A stretch of 64,000 nucleotides of DNA from Octopus vulgaris (GCA_951406725.2 OX597830.1:63674001-63738000), one strand, 5' to 3'; numbered from the stretch's first letter, positions 1 to 13,504 are shown. Made by a program: numbers and translations. Notes: generated by a model not told the origin, from the sequence alone.

Positions 1-50
1 GGCACGCACACATATCTACACACACACATATACACTCACACATATATATG

Positions 51-176
51 CGACAGCTTCTTTCAATGTCCACTCACCAAATCTACCCATAAGGCTTTGG
101 TCGGCCCGGAGATTTAGTAGGAGACAGTTTTCCAAGGTGCCACGCAGTAGAACTGAACTCAGAACCATGTAGCTGA
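51..176 (-). mobile_element. SINE family A, 5' part only (tRNA-like head plus CORE-like segment)
   Basis: Reverse complement matches the head of fuller family A copies in this window (ggttc..agtcccactgcgtggcaccttgg..gaccaaagcc). Confidence 0.75.
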
Positions 177-458
177 TGCGAGAATGTACACACACACACA
201 CACACAAAACACTCTCACACACATGCCCCCACACACGCCCACACACACATTCCTACTAACATGAATCGAAAAATTCTCATGATAGCATGAAACTAATATT
301 ATCACCAATTTTCTTAGTCATGATTAGCAAAAGCGAAACTGGTCGACTTTGTTTATCGCATAAAAGTATATATATATTGTATACATCTTCCCGTTTTTCG
401 TATTTTTTCACTACAATTTATCACGTGGGGAAAAATCTTGTAACGAAACATTTCACTA

Positions 459-521
<63 letters not shown>

Positions 522-779
522 ATCACGCGACCGACCAGATCATCAGATGTTTTACACATCGCTGGTCACAATGCGTTCGCATTGTTTTAGCTTTCGAATG
601 ACGCCACCCCGCTGGCTAAGCGAGCAGGCCAATATATATATATATATATATATATCTCACACCGCCCCGCACACACTAGCACTGACCACTTCCCAACACC
701 TGCACCATCATCCACACACCTACACATGAACACACGCACATACACGCTCTCACATACATACGCACGCGCATCTTCGTTT

Positions 780-1033
780 TGGGATCACTACTACTTTATT
801 ATCTCCCCTTCTTCCTAGCTCTCCTCTGTGACCCTACTGTCTGGCATTCGCCATGATAGATCACTAACCACTATATCTTTTTCTATTTTCTCTCCCTGTT
901 TATTTCTGTGTTTCTTTCTGTCGAAGAGCGTAGGCTCGGAATGTAAAAGACTTTTTCACTTCCCGAGCGTTAAACTAATACATCTGTTTGTTGTTTACAT
1001 ATCCGTCTTCGTCTTTTGTTTTTTTGTAAGTTC

Positions 1034-1037
<4 letters not shown>
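780..1037 (+). mobile_element. PLE-terminus-like repeat (gaagagcgtaggctcgaaacg family), decayed copy
   Basis: Matches copies at 42921-43128, 55166-55370 and 59525-59889; ends at a (TA)n tract. Confidence 0.6.
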
Positions 1038-1111
<74 letters not shown>

Positions 1112-1128
1112 TATACATACATACACAC

Positions 1129-1256
<128 letters not shown>

Positions 1257-1803
1257 GTATATATATATGTAATATGTTCTGGGTACCCATTAAATTGCAT
1301 CCGGTAGTAAGGGTCCAGTTCGGAAGATACTGAAGTTGTAGGGAGTGCGTAATCACCGTTTAGTTACCATTTCTATCCAGACCGCCCTGACCCGGAAACG
1401 GCAGTACCTCCCAGGGTACCATCTATGGGTTAATAGATTTTGGAGTAGAAGTGGAGATTCCTGTGAGGAACGCAGCTCTTTTGGGAGAAAGGTATTCTGC
1501 AATCAAAAATTGCTGTCAGTAATAGTTACCAATCATCTTGCACTGCTTGTCACTGGAAACTACTGTGGAGACAGAGAGAATGGCAAAAGTGTTGTACAAT
1601 CTTTTGTCACTTAAATTCAATGACAAAAACAGATGCCTCGCCACTATTTCGGTTTATTTTAATTCGGTTTAATATCTATCCAATATACTGCTTGTAGAAT
1701 ACCCAATTATTAATACACAAGTGTTTTTTATTGTATTGCAATTGCATTACCTAGTGTACTAAATGGATGAACGTAAAGAGATATTTTACCATTAATTTAT
1801 AGG

Positions 1804-2282
1804 GCAATAAGAAAATGGAAGAGAACAATAGGTGGTTCATCAACTTTTAGAAATTATATTATGTTAACTTATTTATTTATTTACTAAAGTGATAATTATA
1901 ATAACATACATACATATTTACTAAACTGATAATTACAATAATGTACATACATACATATAATTACAATAACATACATATAATTACAATGATATACATAAAT
2001 ATAACATAGTATTCTTAACATATAAGATATAAGATATAAAATATAGTAATATGTAAGGATACCAGTAATTATTATAAAAAGTATGAATATAAATTGTTTT
2101 TTTATAATAATTACTGGTATCCTTATATACTACTATATTTTATATCTTATATGTAAAACATAATATGTTATATGTATGTATATTATTGCAATTATCAGTT
2201 TAGTAAATAAATAAATAAGTTATCATAATATAATGTCTAAAAGTTGATGAACCACCTATTGTTCTCTTCCATTTTCTTATTG

Positions 2283-2283
<1 letters not shown>
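1804..2283. repeat. Long AT-rich foldback (inverted repeat) element
   Basis: 1804-1888 is the near reverse complement of 2199-2283; inner arms (aggataccagtaattattataaaaa / tttttataataattactggtatcct) also pair. Confidence 0.85.
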
Positions 2284-2327
<44 letters not shown>

Positions 2328-2357
2328 GATATAAATATATATACATATATATATATA

Positions 2358-2403
<46 letters not shown>

Positions 2404-2412
2404 AATATATAT

Positions 2413-2511
<99 letters not shown>

Positions 2512-2562
2512 TATAAATATAAATATATAGACATAAGCAATAATAATAAAGCAATAATAATA

Positions 2563-3030
2563 AAGCGAGATGTAAAGAGTAAGCGCTCGACAACGTAAAG
2601 TATACTAGCCATCTTAATATGGCTAACCACTAGGGGTGGGGGTGTTACTGTAGCTTTTTAGCCCCAGGAGATCATCGTCTCCAGCTGGCTTTAGACACAA
2701 TCCTGTGCCCTTTAATGATATTCGCAAAGGGAGGTCATCCCCTCTCGAAAACCTAAGTGATACGCATGGACTGCAGTTTCGAGATTATTGTCTCTTGTCA
2801 ACACACGCTAATCACGGGTTTTCGATATGAGAGACCTGTTTGCGAATATCTATTTAATGTTTTCCCAGTAACCATTGTCACTGATTTCGAAAAACGGTCT
2901 GAAAGCAATAATAAATCTCTGAGCGAGATGTAAACAGTAAGCGCTCGACAACGTAAAGTATACTAGCCATCTTAATATGGCTAACCGCTAGGTGTTTGGG
3001 GTGTTACTGTAGCCCCAGGAGATCATCTTC
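2563..3030. repeat. Direct repeat of about 110 bp (2563-2680 and 2920-3030) sharing a module with the Helitron family
   Basis: Both units read gctcgacaacgtaaagtatactagccatcttaatatggctaacc..gtgttactgtagc; their reverse complement matches about 49866-49929. Confidence 0.75.
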
Positions 3031-3226
3031 CCTTTTATTTATTTATTTTTGTTCTTTGTTTTTGTTTTGAAACGAAATCTAGCTTCAAGCATCTTATACA
3101 GATAATTTTTTAGACACTATTTTCTGAAACTGGTAAAATTATGTAGGGCAAATTTTGATCTTGCACCACCTGAAAATTCCAAGGGGTGCAGGTGCACCCG
3201 CTGCACCCCCTGTTCCCGGGCCCTTG

Positions 3227-3296
<70 letters not shown>

Positions 3297-3863
3297 CAGA
3301 CAGACAGACACAGACACACACATATATGTAAGCAAAGTAGCTAGTTATAAAATCTCAAGAAGAGATAGAGTAGTAACGTCTACTAAACAGTAGAGCTTTG
3401 TTTACAATATATCGCTGGCAGAGGTGGATCGTGTCTGTCACTCCAATGCGCAGGTGCGCGCGACTGACGTGAGCCAACTAGCTGAAAACCGGCCAGTCCC
3501 GCTATCCTGTCAGCTACTGAAGGGTAGTAGGGGTTAACTCCCCCTACTAGTGATGTATTGTATATAAGGGTGCAGAGCTTGCGCCGAAAACCAGCTGGCG
3601 GAGAATCTGCCTGAGGTTAACCTAGTAGTAACATTTATCTGCCACTTCATTGGGGTTAATCACCCTACTATATATATATATATATAAATATAGACAGCTA
3701 CATCTTTATCCATTTAAGAGTTCGAACTCAGTGCGTGAGCGTAAGTATATAGTCCTGCAGTAAATAAAGAAATTTAAAGCTGTATCCAGTTAAAACCCAA
3801 ACCACGTCTTGCGCACGTGTTTTCGGTACGTATTTGCAACCACATAATTATTCATTAATTAGC

Positions 3864-3935
3864 GATTCCGCTGACGAGCTACAGATTTCAAATTAGTTTA
3901 TTTGGAAATTAATAACGAAACTCGAGTTTGGGATT
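3864..3935 (+). ncRNA. Type I minimal hammerhead ribozyme motif (PLE-associated)
   Basis: gattccg-CTGACGA-helix II-GAAA-ctcgag-TT-tgggatt: intact core, palindromic helix III, helix I closes with some G:U pairs. Confidence 0.65.
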
Positions 3936-4114
3936 AACTAATTCATTTCTTTTGTTCGTTCTAGTGTTATAATTGACATACCTTGTGTATTCTCTTTTTC
4001 TTGGTTTGAGTTTTAACTGGCCTTTTTAGAATGTAAGGAGTCCTATCAATGGTCTCCTCTTTGTGTATAAAAATATTTTATATATACACACATACACACA
4101 TATCGTATACATAC

Positions 4115-4162
<48 letters not shown>

Positions 4163-4249
4163 CTTAGTCGATATATCTTTATGTATTATCCAAACAGAAA
4201 GTGGGAGAGAGAAAGAGAGAATAAAAGAGAGAGAGAGAGAGAGTGAGAG

Positions 4250-5340
4250 ATTTTGGTGTTTATCCGCTGTCAGGATGCACTCCTTTTGTACAGTATGAAA
4301 GACCACACAATATATACTGTTATGTAGGAGTCCACTAACGTATTGAATGACATACGTTTAAGGATTAGAGTTGACACCGTAACCTAAGTATATTAAATTC
4401 CTTAAACATAACTTCAGATCTGAGGATTGGTTAAACTACCCTTATTGTAAACCTAACTAGAAAGAATACAGTGTATCAATATTAATTCGAACCATCCTTC
4501 AGTAATCCCCAAACACTTAATGGCATCAATAAATACACATCTAGCATATTCTCTGACGAGGAATCCTTTGTTCTAACTGCTCTTTATTACAATGACAAAT
4601 ACTAAAAAGAAAAAAAACAGTGATTTTGCAGATACAATGCGTTACATATGGAATAACATTGTCATAAATGTTGAAAGAGAAAATGATAGTTTATGGAGTC
4701 CAGTCCTCTCTAGAATGTAAGCTCTAGCTTTAGAATCACAAAGTTTTTTTTATTATAAATCTTACAAAGAAGTTCAACCCCAAAAGGCATGGGTATTAGG
4801 AGATATCGTAAACAGAAATATCGCTAAATTGGGTAAAGGCTGCTTCAAATATTTCACTTCTACCACAGAAGTAATGTGTAACCTGCCTAGTCTGAATACC
4901 AAATATAGAGTGGATATAGAAGAAATAAAAAAAATATATATTATGTCATATGTAAACAAGCATAAATTTGTTTTTGAAGCGTTGAAATGTATTGTAGTAC
5001 AAGTAGAAAGATATATTTTCCAACGCGTAAGTACTGATGGAACAGCATATGTAAGATAAAATCCTTGCAGAGCAGTAATATAAATGTGATATTAATAAGA
5101 TTGCAGATCGATCACGACATAATAATGTAAAATCGCTAGTGAAATTATCCTATCGAATTTTATCCCTAATTTTGTGGTTATAGAACCTAGCTGTTCTTTG
5201 TAGCGTGTTGAATTCCACGAGAGGATTCCCTATGTGTTTAAATGTACACTGTATTATATGAATAATACATAGTCTTTGGACTAAATTTTTATACGCTAGG
5301 TCACTGGAAGTGAAAATTTCTATTATATTTCCATTTCCTT
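4250..5340 (+). pseudogene. Highly decayed Penelope-like RT/GIY-YIG remnant
   Basis: Frameshifted pieces resemble PLE RT motifs (GLELT..KFLNITSDL..YPYCKPN; FSDEESF..YYN) and the region downstream; many stops. Confidence 0.5.
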
Positions 5341-5462
5341 CCGATATGATTAAGTATATATATATATATATATATATATATGTAAAGGTAAGATCCAAGA
5401 GATATATATGCATGCATTCACACACATACATGCATACATACCTACATACATATATACATATG

Positions 5463-5496
<34 letters not shown>

Positions 5497-5532
5497 TATA
5501 TACATGTTATATATACGTGTTACATATGCATG

Positions 5533-5656
<124 letters not shown>

Positions 5657-5660
5657 ATAT

Positions 5661-5723
<63 letters not shown>

Positions 5724-6209
5724 GTGATCGCAAATTTGTTGGTTCACTAAATTTGAACGAAGCCACGTACAATATGTGTGTTTAACTCTGGATAATACAA
5801 AACATTTAAACGCATCCCGAAAATCTCAGCCACTTACATATTCCTACCAACTACTTGTCCAGTGATAACGATGTGCCTGGAAATAAGTCTTCGTAATTTT
5901 AACAATTCGTTCAGTCAAGCAAAAAGCCATGTTTTGTCACGGGAATCAAAGTGAACGGCTGTTTGCAAAAATACTTCTCGTCTGCTTTTCTTCAATTTCT
6001 CACGTAGATGTAAGAGAGAATACAATGGACGTAGAAGCGAATGTGTGTAGGACTGTGAGAGTAAAGGATTGTGAGAGTGTAGACCGACAGTATATGTGGG
6101 ATTGTAGGACACTCATCACAGAGGTCGGTGGTTCGATTTCTCTTACCGCTGTAAGCATTCTGTCTATCTGTTAATGGTCGAACGTTATAGCTTTCTGATA
6201 GTCCAGACC

Positions 6210-6598
6210 GTGGAGGCGCAATGGCCCAGTGGTTAGGGCAGCGGACTCGCGGTCATAGGATCGCGGTTTCGATTCCCAGACCGGGCGTTGTGAGTGTTTA
6301 TTGAGCGAAAACACCTAAAGCTCCACGACGCTCTGGCAGGGGATGGTGGTGATCCCTGCTGTACTCTTTCATCACAACTTTCTCTCACTCTTACTTCCTG
6401 TTTCTGATGTACCTGTATTTCAAGGGGCCGGCCTTGTCACTCTCTGTGTCACGCTGAATATCCTCGAGAACTACGTTAAGGGTACACGTGTCTGTGGAGT
6501 GCTCAGCCACTTACACGTTAATTTCACGAGCAGGCTGTTCCCTTGATTCGGATCAACCGGAACCCTCGTCGTCGTAACCGACGGAGTGCTTCCACCCC
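6210..6598 (+). mobile_element. SINE family B, full length (tRNA-derived head)
   Basis: A box TGGCCCAGTGG and B box GGTTTCGATTCC; 10-bp TSD agtccagacc at 6200-6209 and 6599-6608; four other copies in the window. Confidence 0.92.
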
Positions 6599-6822
6599 AG
6601 TCCAGACCATCTTACTACACATGTATTTCTATAGAGTAGGAGCAATTCACATCACTAAGATTTTCTAATGAATGTTTCTTTAGATCTTAATGATGGATTC
6701 AGATAATACAGCGGATAGCATAGCTTACACACGTTCACGCAAGCACACACACACCTGGTTCACCGACGGTGACTGTTAATACTGCCAACTGTTAATACTG
6801 CCAGTTCGTGCAATTAACATGC

Positions 6823-7058
6823 AACTCCACAGACACGCGTACCTTTAACGTAGTTCTCAGGGAGATTCAGCGTGATACAGAGAGTGTGGCAAGGTTGGGC
6901 CTTTGCATTACAGGTTCAATGCATTTTTGCCAGCTGGGTGGACTGGAGCAATGAAAAATAAAATGTTTTGTTTAAGGACGCAACACGCCACAAAGGAAAG
7001 AATCGAACTCACGACCATCCGACAGTGGACCGAATACCATAACCACTAAGCCACACGC
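6823..7058 (-). mobile_element. Chimeric SINE (family D-like head, family B-like 3' part)
   Basis: ctccacagacacgcgtacc..aacgtagttctc matches family B; head and ctccagtccacccagctgg match family D. Confidence 0.6.
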
Positions 7059-7476
7059 ACCACACATATGCGCGCGCGCACACACGCACACATACCACAC
7101 ACACGCACGCACATACCGACAAACACACACGCGCACATACCCACAAACACACACGCACACATACACACGCATACACACACGCACATATACATATGCACTC
7201 ATACACACGCACACAGACATACATACACGCACGCACACACAAACACGCACACACACACACACATACATACACGCACGTACACGCACGCACACACACACAT
7301 ACACACGCACGTCCGTCAGCGATATATATATAAGTGCTTTTATGCACCACGAGTCCATGTGAGGGACCCTCTCATGGTAAATAACGCAGCATTCTGTGCT
7401 CTAACGCAGCATTGACTTTAAGTTGGGAATCAAGATTGCCTTTTTATCAGTATCAATACCAACATATCAATACAGC

Positions 7477-7606
7477 GGCGAACTGGCAGAATCGTTAACA
7501 CGCCGGGCACGCTTAGCGGCATTTCATGTGTTTTTATGTTCTGAGTTCAAATTACGCCGGGGTTGACTTTGCTTTTCATCGTTTCGGGGTCGATGAAATA
7601 AGGACC
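7477..7606 (+). mobile_element. SINE family C, partial
   Basis: ggcgaactggcagaatcgtt..gagttcaaat..gttgactttgcttttcatc..ggggtcgat. Confidence 0.75.
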
Positions 7607-7646
7607 AAATCAACGAGTTATTTTAGTGTAACAGAATGTCTTAAAT

Positions 7647-8058
7647 CAGCGCTGGATTAACCATTCAGCAAAATAAACATGTGCATAGGACATCAAGGGA
7701 AGCGGGGCACACAGCAGAAATGGTAAATGGTTTACGGTGCAAAAGAAATCCCTTTAGATTTACTAAAGCAATATTCGAAGTGGTTTATATAATCGGAAAT
7801 ATAATCTCGATGTGGTCTTGATGTCATAGGGAAGATCTGATCAAAGACTTTGCTATTAAAAAGAAGTGAGAGAAAACTTTTCAAATATAAAGTGGAAGTA
7901 TACAAAAATAAGCATTATTTTCCATCTTTCTGTTAATTTTGTTTCATTTTGAAAAATACAAATTTATTTTATGGTTTATTATTGTTTTGAGTTATATGTA
8001 TATGGAGGCACCAAAATCTTTCAAGTGCTTAGGGCCCCTGTGGGTCTTAACCCGGCTC
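7647..8058. mobile_element. Degenerate non-autonomous hAT-like element
   Basis: Imperfect termini cagcgctggattaa ... ttaacccggctc resembling CAGGGCCGGATTAA-type TIRs. Confidence 0.45.
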
Positions 8059-8169
8059 AAATCTCAAAATGATAAAATCTGGAATTATTATAGAAAGTGT
8101 CGAATCTTCTTTAAAATAATGAAGACTCAAAGATTCTGAGAAAAGTTGATTTTCAATTGAAAATTTTTA

Positions 8170-8500
8170 AAATGTACGATGGAGACAGATTTTAGATAGT
8201 TTCTACTTGGATTGAAATATTATCAGATAGGAATTCGGCTGAGAAATCCATTTGGACATTAGTCTAAGTCAGTTCTAATATTTCTAATTTGACCACATAC
8301 ATATGCTGACGTGGAGAGGGTATTTAGCGATAGGAATTTTATGAAATCAAATGAGCGTAACTGTCTAAGCTTAGAAACACAAAGGGAAATTTTAAACATG
8401 AAATATGAACTCCAACGAAGTGCTAAATGTTGTTATGATAATAAACTATCTGGTGAACTGTTGAACGAAGTTGGATTCGTGGATGCTTATAAACCATTTG
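8170..8500 (+). pseudogene. hAT transposase C-terminal dimerisation-domain remnant
   Basis: Translation PHTYADVERVFSDRNFMKSNERNCLSLET fits the hATC motif (P.S.A.VER.FS....K...RN.L). Confidence 0.7.
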
Positions 8501-8595
8501 AAATTACTGCGGCTACATCAAAAGAATTGGTCGGGAAATGTTCGAAAATAATAAGGAGCAAAAAAAAAAAAAAAAAAGAAAAAGGAAAAAGAAAA

Positions 8596-8757
8596 CAAGT
8601 GTGGCTGTGTGGTAAGAAGTCTGCATCCCAACCACATGGTTCCAGGTTCAGTCCCACTGCGTGGCACCTTGGGTAAGTGTCTTCTATTATAGTTTCGGGC
8701 CGGCCAAAGCCTTCTGAGTAGATTTGGTAGATGGAAACTGAAAGAAGCCCGTTCTAC

Positions 8758-8807
<50 letters not shown>

Positions 8808-9051
8808 ATATCTATGTGCGTGTGTGCCTTTGTGTCTGTGCCTATCCCCCATCACCGCTTGATAACTGGTGTTGGTGTGTTTACGTCCCCGTAACTGAAC
8901 AGTTCGGCAAAACAGACCCGATAGAGCGAGTCCTAAGCTTTAAAAAACAAAATTAAGTCATGGGGCCGATTTGTTTGACTAAAATCCGTCAAAGTGGTGC
9001 TCCAGACAGGCCGCAGTCAAATGACTGAAACAAGTAAAAAAATAAAAGAAT
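8596..9051 (+). mobile_element. SINE family A, near full length with internal (TA)/(TG) microsatellite
   Basis: gtggctgtgtggtaagaag head ... gccgcagtcaaatgactgaaacaagtaaaa tail. Confidence 0.88.
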
Positions 9052-10468
9052 ATGTATTTCATTCTAATATAATGAGCATTGAAGTTTTTAATTTAAATTT
9101 TTTGATATTCATTCCTTTTTTTACGTAATTTATTATCTTTTTGCTCAGATGTTTGTTTTGTTCCTTTTCATTTTTATTTCATGTTTTAGTGCTTTTTAGG
9201 TATTGAAATAGTACTTTTAAAATGTTGAATTGACAACCTTACACATACACACATACACTGTGGTCTTTCCACCCCGTTTTCAATCTCCACTGCCCTCACC
9301 CTTACAAAGAAACACTGCTTCCCTACATAACTCTTGAAGTCGCTTCATATTTTGGCCATTCGCTTTATATTGTGTCTCCAAGGCATCGAAAGTATTTTAT
9401 TTCGTTAAGCCACTGTGAGACGAGATCAGATTTAGTGACATTACATTGTCGTTGAGCGTTTCCTTCAAATCCATCTGTAGCTTCCAGGCATTCACACAAA
9501 ACACAAGTCTGGGTTTTGGGTTCGCCTTTGATGACATTTCTGTGTGGCGCCCATCCTTGAGGACTTGTGGAGCGCAACAAACTCTGTGTGCATGTGTGTA
9601 TGTGTGTGTGTGTGTGTGCTTGTGTGTGTGTTTGTGTGTGTGTGGCTGTGTGTATGATTGCGTGTCATCGATTGTGCGTATGTGTTTGTGTGCGATTGTC
9701 TGCGCGTATGATCGTGTATGTGTGTGCGCGTGTGTATGTGTGAGTGTGTACGCTTGTGTGGTGTATGACTGGGTATATGTCCAGAAGTGAGAATGCTGCA
9801 GATAAGGAGGAGGGGACGGGTGGAGGTAATGTCAATGGTGAAAATGAGCAAATGGAGAAAATGGGGAAGAGAGCGAGAGGGAGAGGGGGAGAGATACAGA
9901 GATACAGAGAGACAGAGAGACAGAGAGAGGGAAGAGAGACAAAGGTAGACAGAGAGAGACAGAGCTCAGTTTGGAGTGATGAAAATGTTGCCAAGAAGAG
10001 AGATAAAATGACAATGAGAACAGACATAGAAAGTTCGAGATAAACAGACAGAGAGCGAGAAAGATAGATATGGAGAGCAAGATAGAAAGATGAATAGATG
10101 GATGGATAAATAAATAGACAGATAGATAGAAACAGAATGGATGAGAGAGAAAGAGAGAAGGAAAATAAATCAAACGAGAGAAAAGGCATAAGAAAAATTC
10201 AGTCAGAAAGTGAGAGAAGAGGAGAGATAAAAGAAGAGATATATAAATAAACAAAGAGAGAAGGGGGGGGAGATATAAATCTATCGACAAAAGGAAGATA
10301 TAGGAGAGAGGAGGAGGAAGAGGGAGATAACTTAGTAGAAAAATTGATACAGATAGGTGGATAGAAAGATACATAGATACACACATACATAGGCATGTTG
10401 ACAGGCAGCTAGCTAAACAGACAGACAGACAATAGATAGAGAGACAGATATATATATATATATATATA

Positions 10469-10788
10469 GGCGCAGGAGTGGCTGTGTAGTAAGAAGCTTG
10501 CTTCCCAACCACATAGTTCTGAGTTCAGTCCCACTGCGTGGCACCTTGGGCAAGTGTTTTCTACTAAAGCCTCGGGCCGACCAAAGCCTTGTGAGTGGAT
10601 TTGGTAGAAGGAAACTGAAAGAACCTCGTCGTATATACTGGCGTTGGTGTGTTTACGTCCCCGTCAACTAGCGGTTCGGCAAAAAGAGACCGATAGAATA
10701 AATACTAGGCTTACAAATTTATTAGATTTATTCGACTAAAGGTGGTGCTCCAGCATTGCCGCAGTCAAACGACTGAAACAAGCAAAAG
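10469..10788 (+). mobile_element. SINE family A (internal microsatellite deleted)
   Basis: ggcgcaggagtggctgtgt head to gactgaaacaag tail. Confidence 0.88.
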
Positions 10789-11482
10789 TGGGGCAAAAAC
10801 GCAAAACGTCCAGACAGGTGATACAAAAAAAAGGAACAAGAAAATATCCACACAGACGATACAAAGAAAACAAGGACGGGTCATTCGGAGTTTTCTTTCC
10901 TCAGTCGAGTTGCAGATTATCTTTACAATTTCGGCTGATTATTCTCGAGATTGCTTCAATCTGGCCAACCCCAAGGAAAAACTAAGCTAAAACCACTAGA
11001 TTCCTTGGAAGAAAGCAGCGAATGTATACGAAAACAAGGACGAAAAAAAAACGGGGAAATGGTACACAAATACAAATAACAGGACATTAACAAAAGGCGT
11101 CTTTCGACTAAGGACGAATTAAATTAAGCTGGCATGTGTGGAAGTGAAACCTTACGACAGGGACATAAGATTTGACAGGAACAGAAAGGAATACAGATGT
11201 TGCACGGATGGTAGTCGAACTAAGAAAGAAATGTCAGGCTTGGCCGAACACGGGTCGTGTGGGGAGAGAAGAGACTGAGGTAGAGGCAGAGGGATAGAAG
11301 AATTAAGGATGGACGAGAATAAAATGAAAGGGACAGAGTGAAGTGAAAGAGGAGGGAAGGTGAGCATGAAGAGAAGGCCTGGAAATGTGAGAGGGGGGAA
11401 CGAAAGAAGGAAGTAAGTGTGAAGGGGCTGATAGAAAGAAGGAAAGAATGAAAGAATAGAAAGAATAATTGAGTCGTATAAA

Positions 11483-11518
<36 letters not shown>

Positions 11519-11532
11519 TTACATATAAGAGA

Positions 11533-11573
<41 letters not shown>

Positions 11574-11633
11574 CAGGTGTGGTAATGCAAACAGATAGGT
11601 AAAATAGAACTGAAAATATGAGTATTTGCATTC

Positions 11634-11747
11634 TTTTTATTGATATTTAGCAGAAGCAAAAGAGCGACTCAAGGGACGAGAGTTTTGTGTGTTGGATACT
11701 CTCGGACCTTGAGTCACTCCGTTGCTTCTGCGAAATGTTAATAAAAA
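11634..11747. repeat. Imperfect hairpin of about 114 nt
   Basis: Arms of about 50 nt (tttttattgatatttagcagaagcaa..gactcaagg..cgagagt / actctcg..ccttgagtc..ttgcttctgc..aaatgttaataaaaa) around a 14-nt loop. Confidence 0.8.
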
Positions 11748-11761
11748 TATACATACATACA

Positions 11762-11915
11762 GGCGCAGGAATGTTTTTTTTGGTAAGAAGCTTGCTTACC
11801 ATCCGGGTTCAGTCCCACTGCGTGGCACCTTGGTTAAGTGTCTTCTACTATAGTCTCGGGCTGACGGAAGCCTTGTGAGTTGGTTTGGTAGACGGAAGCA
11901 TAAAGAAACCCGTCG

Positions 11916-11964
<49 letters not shown>

Positions 11965-12110
11965 ATTTGCGTGTTTGTGTTTGTCCCCCACTATCGCTTG
12001 ACAACCAATGTTGGTATGTTTACGTCCCCGTAACATAGCAGTTTGGCAAAAGAACCAATAAAACAAGTACTAGACTTACAAAGAATAAGTCCTGCGATCG
12101 ATTTGTTCGA
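11762..12110 (+). mobile_element. SINE family A
   Basis: Similarity to other family A copies. Confidence 0.85.
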
Positions 12111-12707
12111 ATAAAAGAATACATGCATAGATATGAACAGACAAGTAGGCAGCTAGACAGACAGGCAGATGGACAGATAGATAGATAGATTGATAGATAG
12201 ATAGACAAATACATAGATAGATATATGTGGATAGAGAGTGAGCGATAGAGAGAGAGAGAGTGTGTGTGTGTGAGAGAGGGAGAGAGAAACAGGCGGACAG
12301 GCAGGCAAATACAGAATAATTATAGAGAATATAAATGATGAAAGAAAATATTTAATGACTATTAAGGGAACTAGGTAATATAATATATAACGTTTGTGGA
12401 AAACTCCCCGAGGAATAAGCTTTCATGTTTCTTCTGCTAGTTTTTGAGAGCAAAGAGAAGGCAGACATTATTTCTGCTTGCCTTACACCAACATAACAGA
12501 TTTATTTCCAAATTGTTAGGTGAGATACTTTAGAACTAAGGATGGCATTTTAAAAATAAACCCTATCAAGAAAATAAATTTGATACTTCTTTTGCTAGAG
12601 AACTACTTCCGTTGTTACAAAACCGCTTCCGTTGTGAAAATGGAGTTCGGTTGTTGGAAAAACACCCCTGTTGTTGAAAAATTTGTCTAGTTGTTAAAAA
12701 ACCCCAA

Positions 12708-12870
12708 CAGGTACTGGTTGTGTAGTTAAGAAACTCACTTTGTAACCTTCTGGATTCGGTTCAGTCCCACTGTGCGACACCCTGGGCAAATGTCTTCTAC
12801 GGTAGCCCCGGTTCGACCAATACTTTGTGAGTGAATATGGTAGATGGAAACTGTGTGGAAGGTCATCGTC
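12708..12870 (+). mobile_element. SINE family A, diverged head
   Basis: ggttcagtcccactgtgcgacaccctgggcaaatgtcttctac. Confidence 0.7.
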
Positions 12871-13444
12871 CTCCTAGCGTTCATAATAATTTTTCTATCG
12901 TCTTGGTTTAACAGCCCTCACCGTTTGTTTTTACTGTTTTGTTCTCATTGACCTGTTCTTGTTACCACTTTCACCCGCCGCAAAAAATCCCAAATTTTAT
13001 TTAATCTGCTTTGCGTGAACGACTGTTTCAACGAAGTCGCGTATTGTCCTTGCCTCCAAATCTGTGGAGTAGATGAAACAGGGACAGCTGACGAAGGGGA
13101 ATATTCTTTATGTTGCATGTCTCGTTTCTCTGTTGTTTTTTTTTTTCGTTGTTCGAAAAAAAGTACGTTTTCTATGTTTTTGTTTTTATGTTTTCGTTTC
13201 TTATTGCGTCTAACGTTTTTTGATGTCCCGTACCCATATATGCATGTATATATACATATATATGTAGGTATGTACATATATGTATGTATATATGCATATA
13301 TTTATATATTATTTATGTTATATTACATTATATTATATTATATATATATTTATACAAAAATTCTATAATTATAAGCATAATACCGAACTACTTGGTAAAA
13401 TTATTAATTATTAATTGATTAATTAATTTTACCCTTTATTATAT

Positions 13445-13504
<60 letters not shown>

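Noticed and set aside
516-632. Structured RNA or ribozyme (acaatgcg-tt-cgcattgt hairpin; GAAA and CTGATGA on the minus strand)
   Set aside because: Core elements are not flanked by pairing helices; more likely the structured 3' end of a SINE
6210-6290. tRNA genes at the SINE heads
   Set aside because: A and B boxes are present, but there is no proper cloverleaf or terminator, and each continues into a SINE body with TSDs
6343-6546. Recurrent 67-aa ORF MVVIPAVLFHHN.. (also at 34393, 46496, 63399)
   Set aside because: It lies inside SINE family B; recurrence reflects repeat copies, not a gene family
11085-11170. Hammerhead on the minus strand in a PLE-like remnant
   Set aside because: The core reads CTGTCGT and helix I does not close convincingly
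13075-13100. gaaacagggacagctgacgaagg as a permuted hammerhead
   Set aside because: Too few nucleotides between GAAA and CTGACGA to form helices III and I, and no UH site
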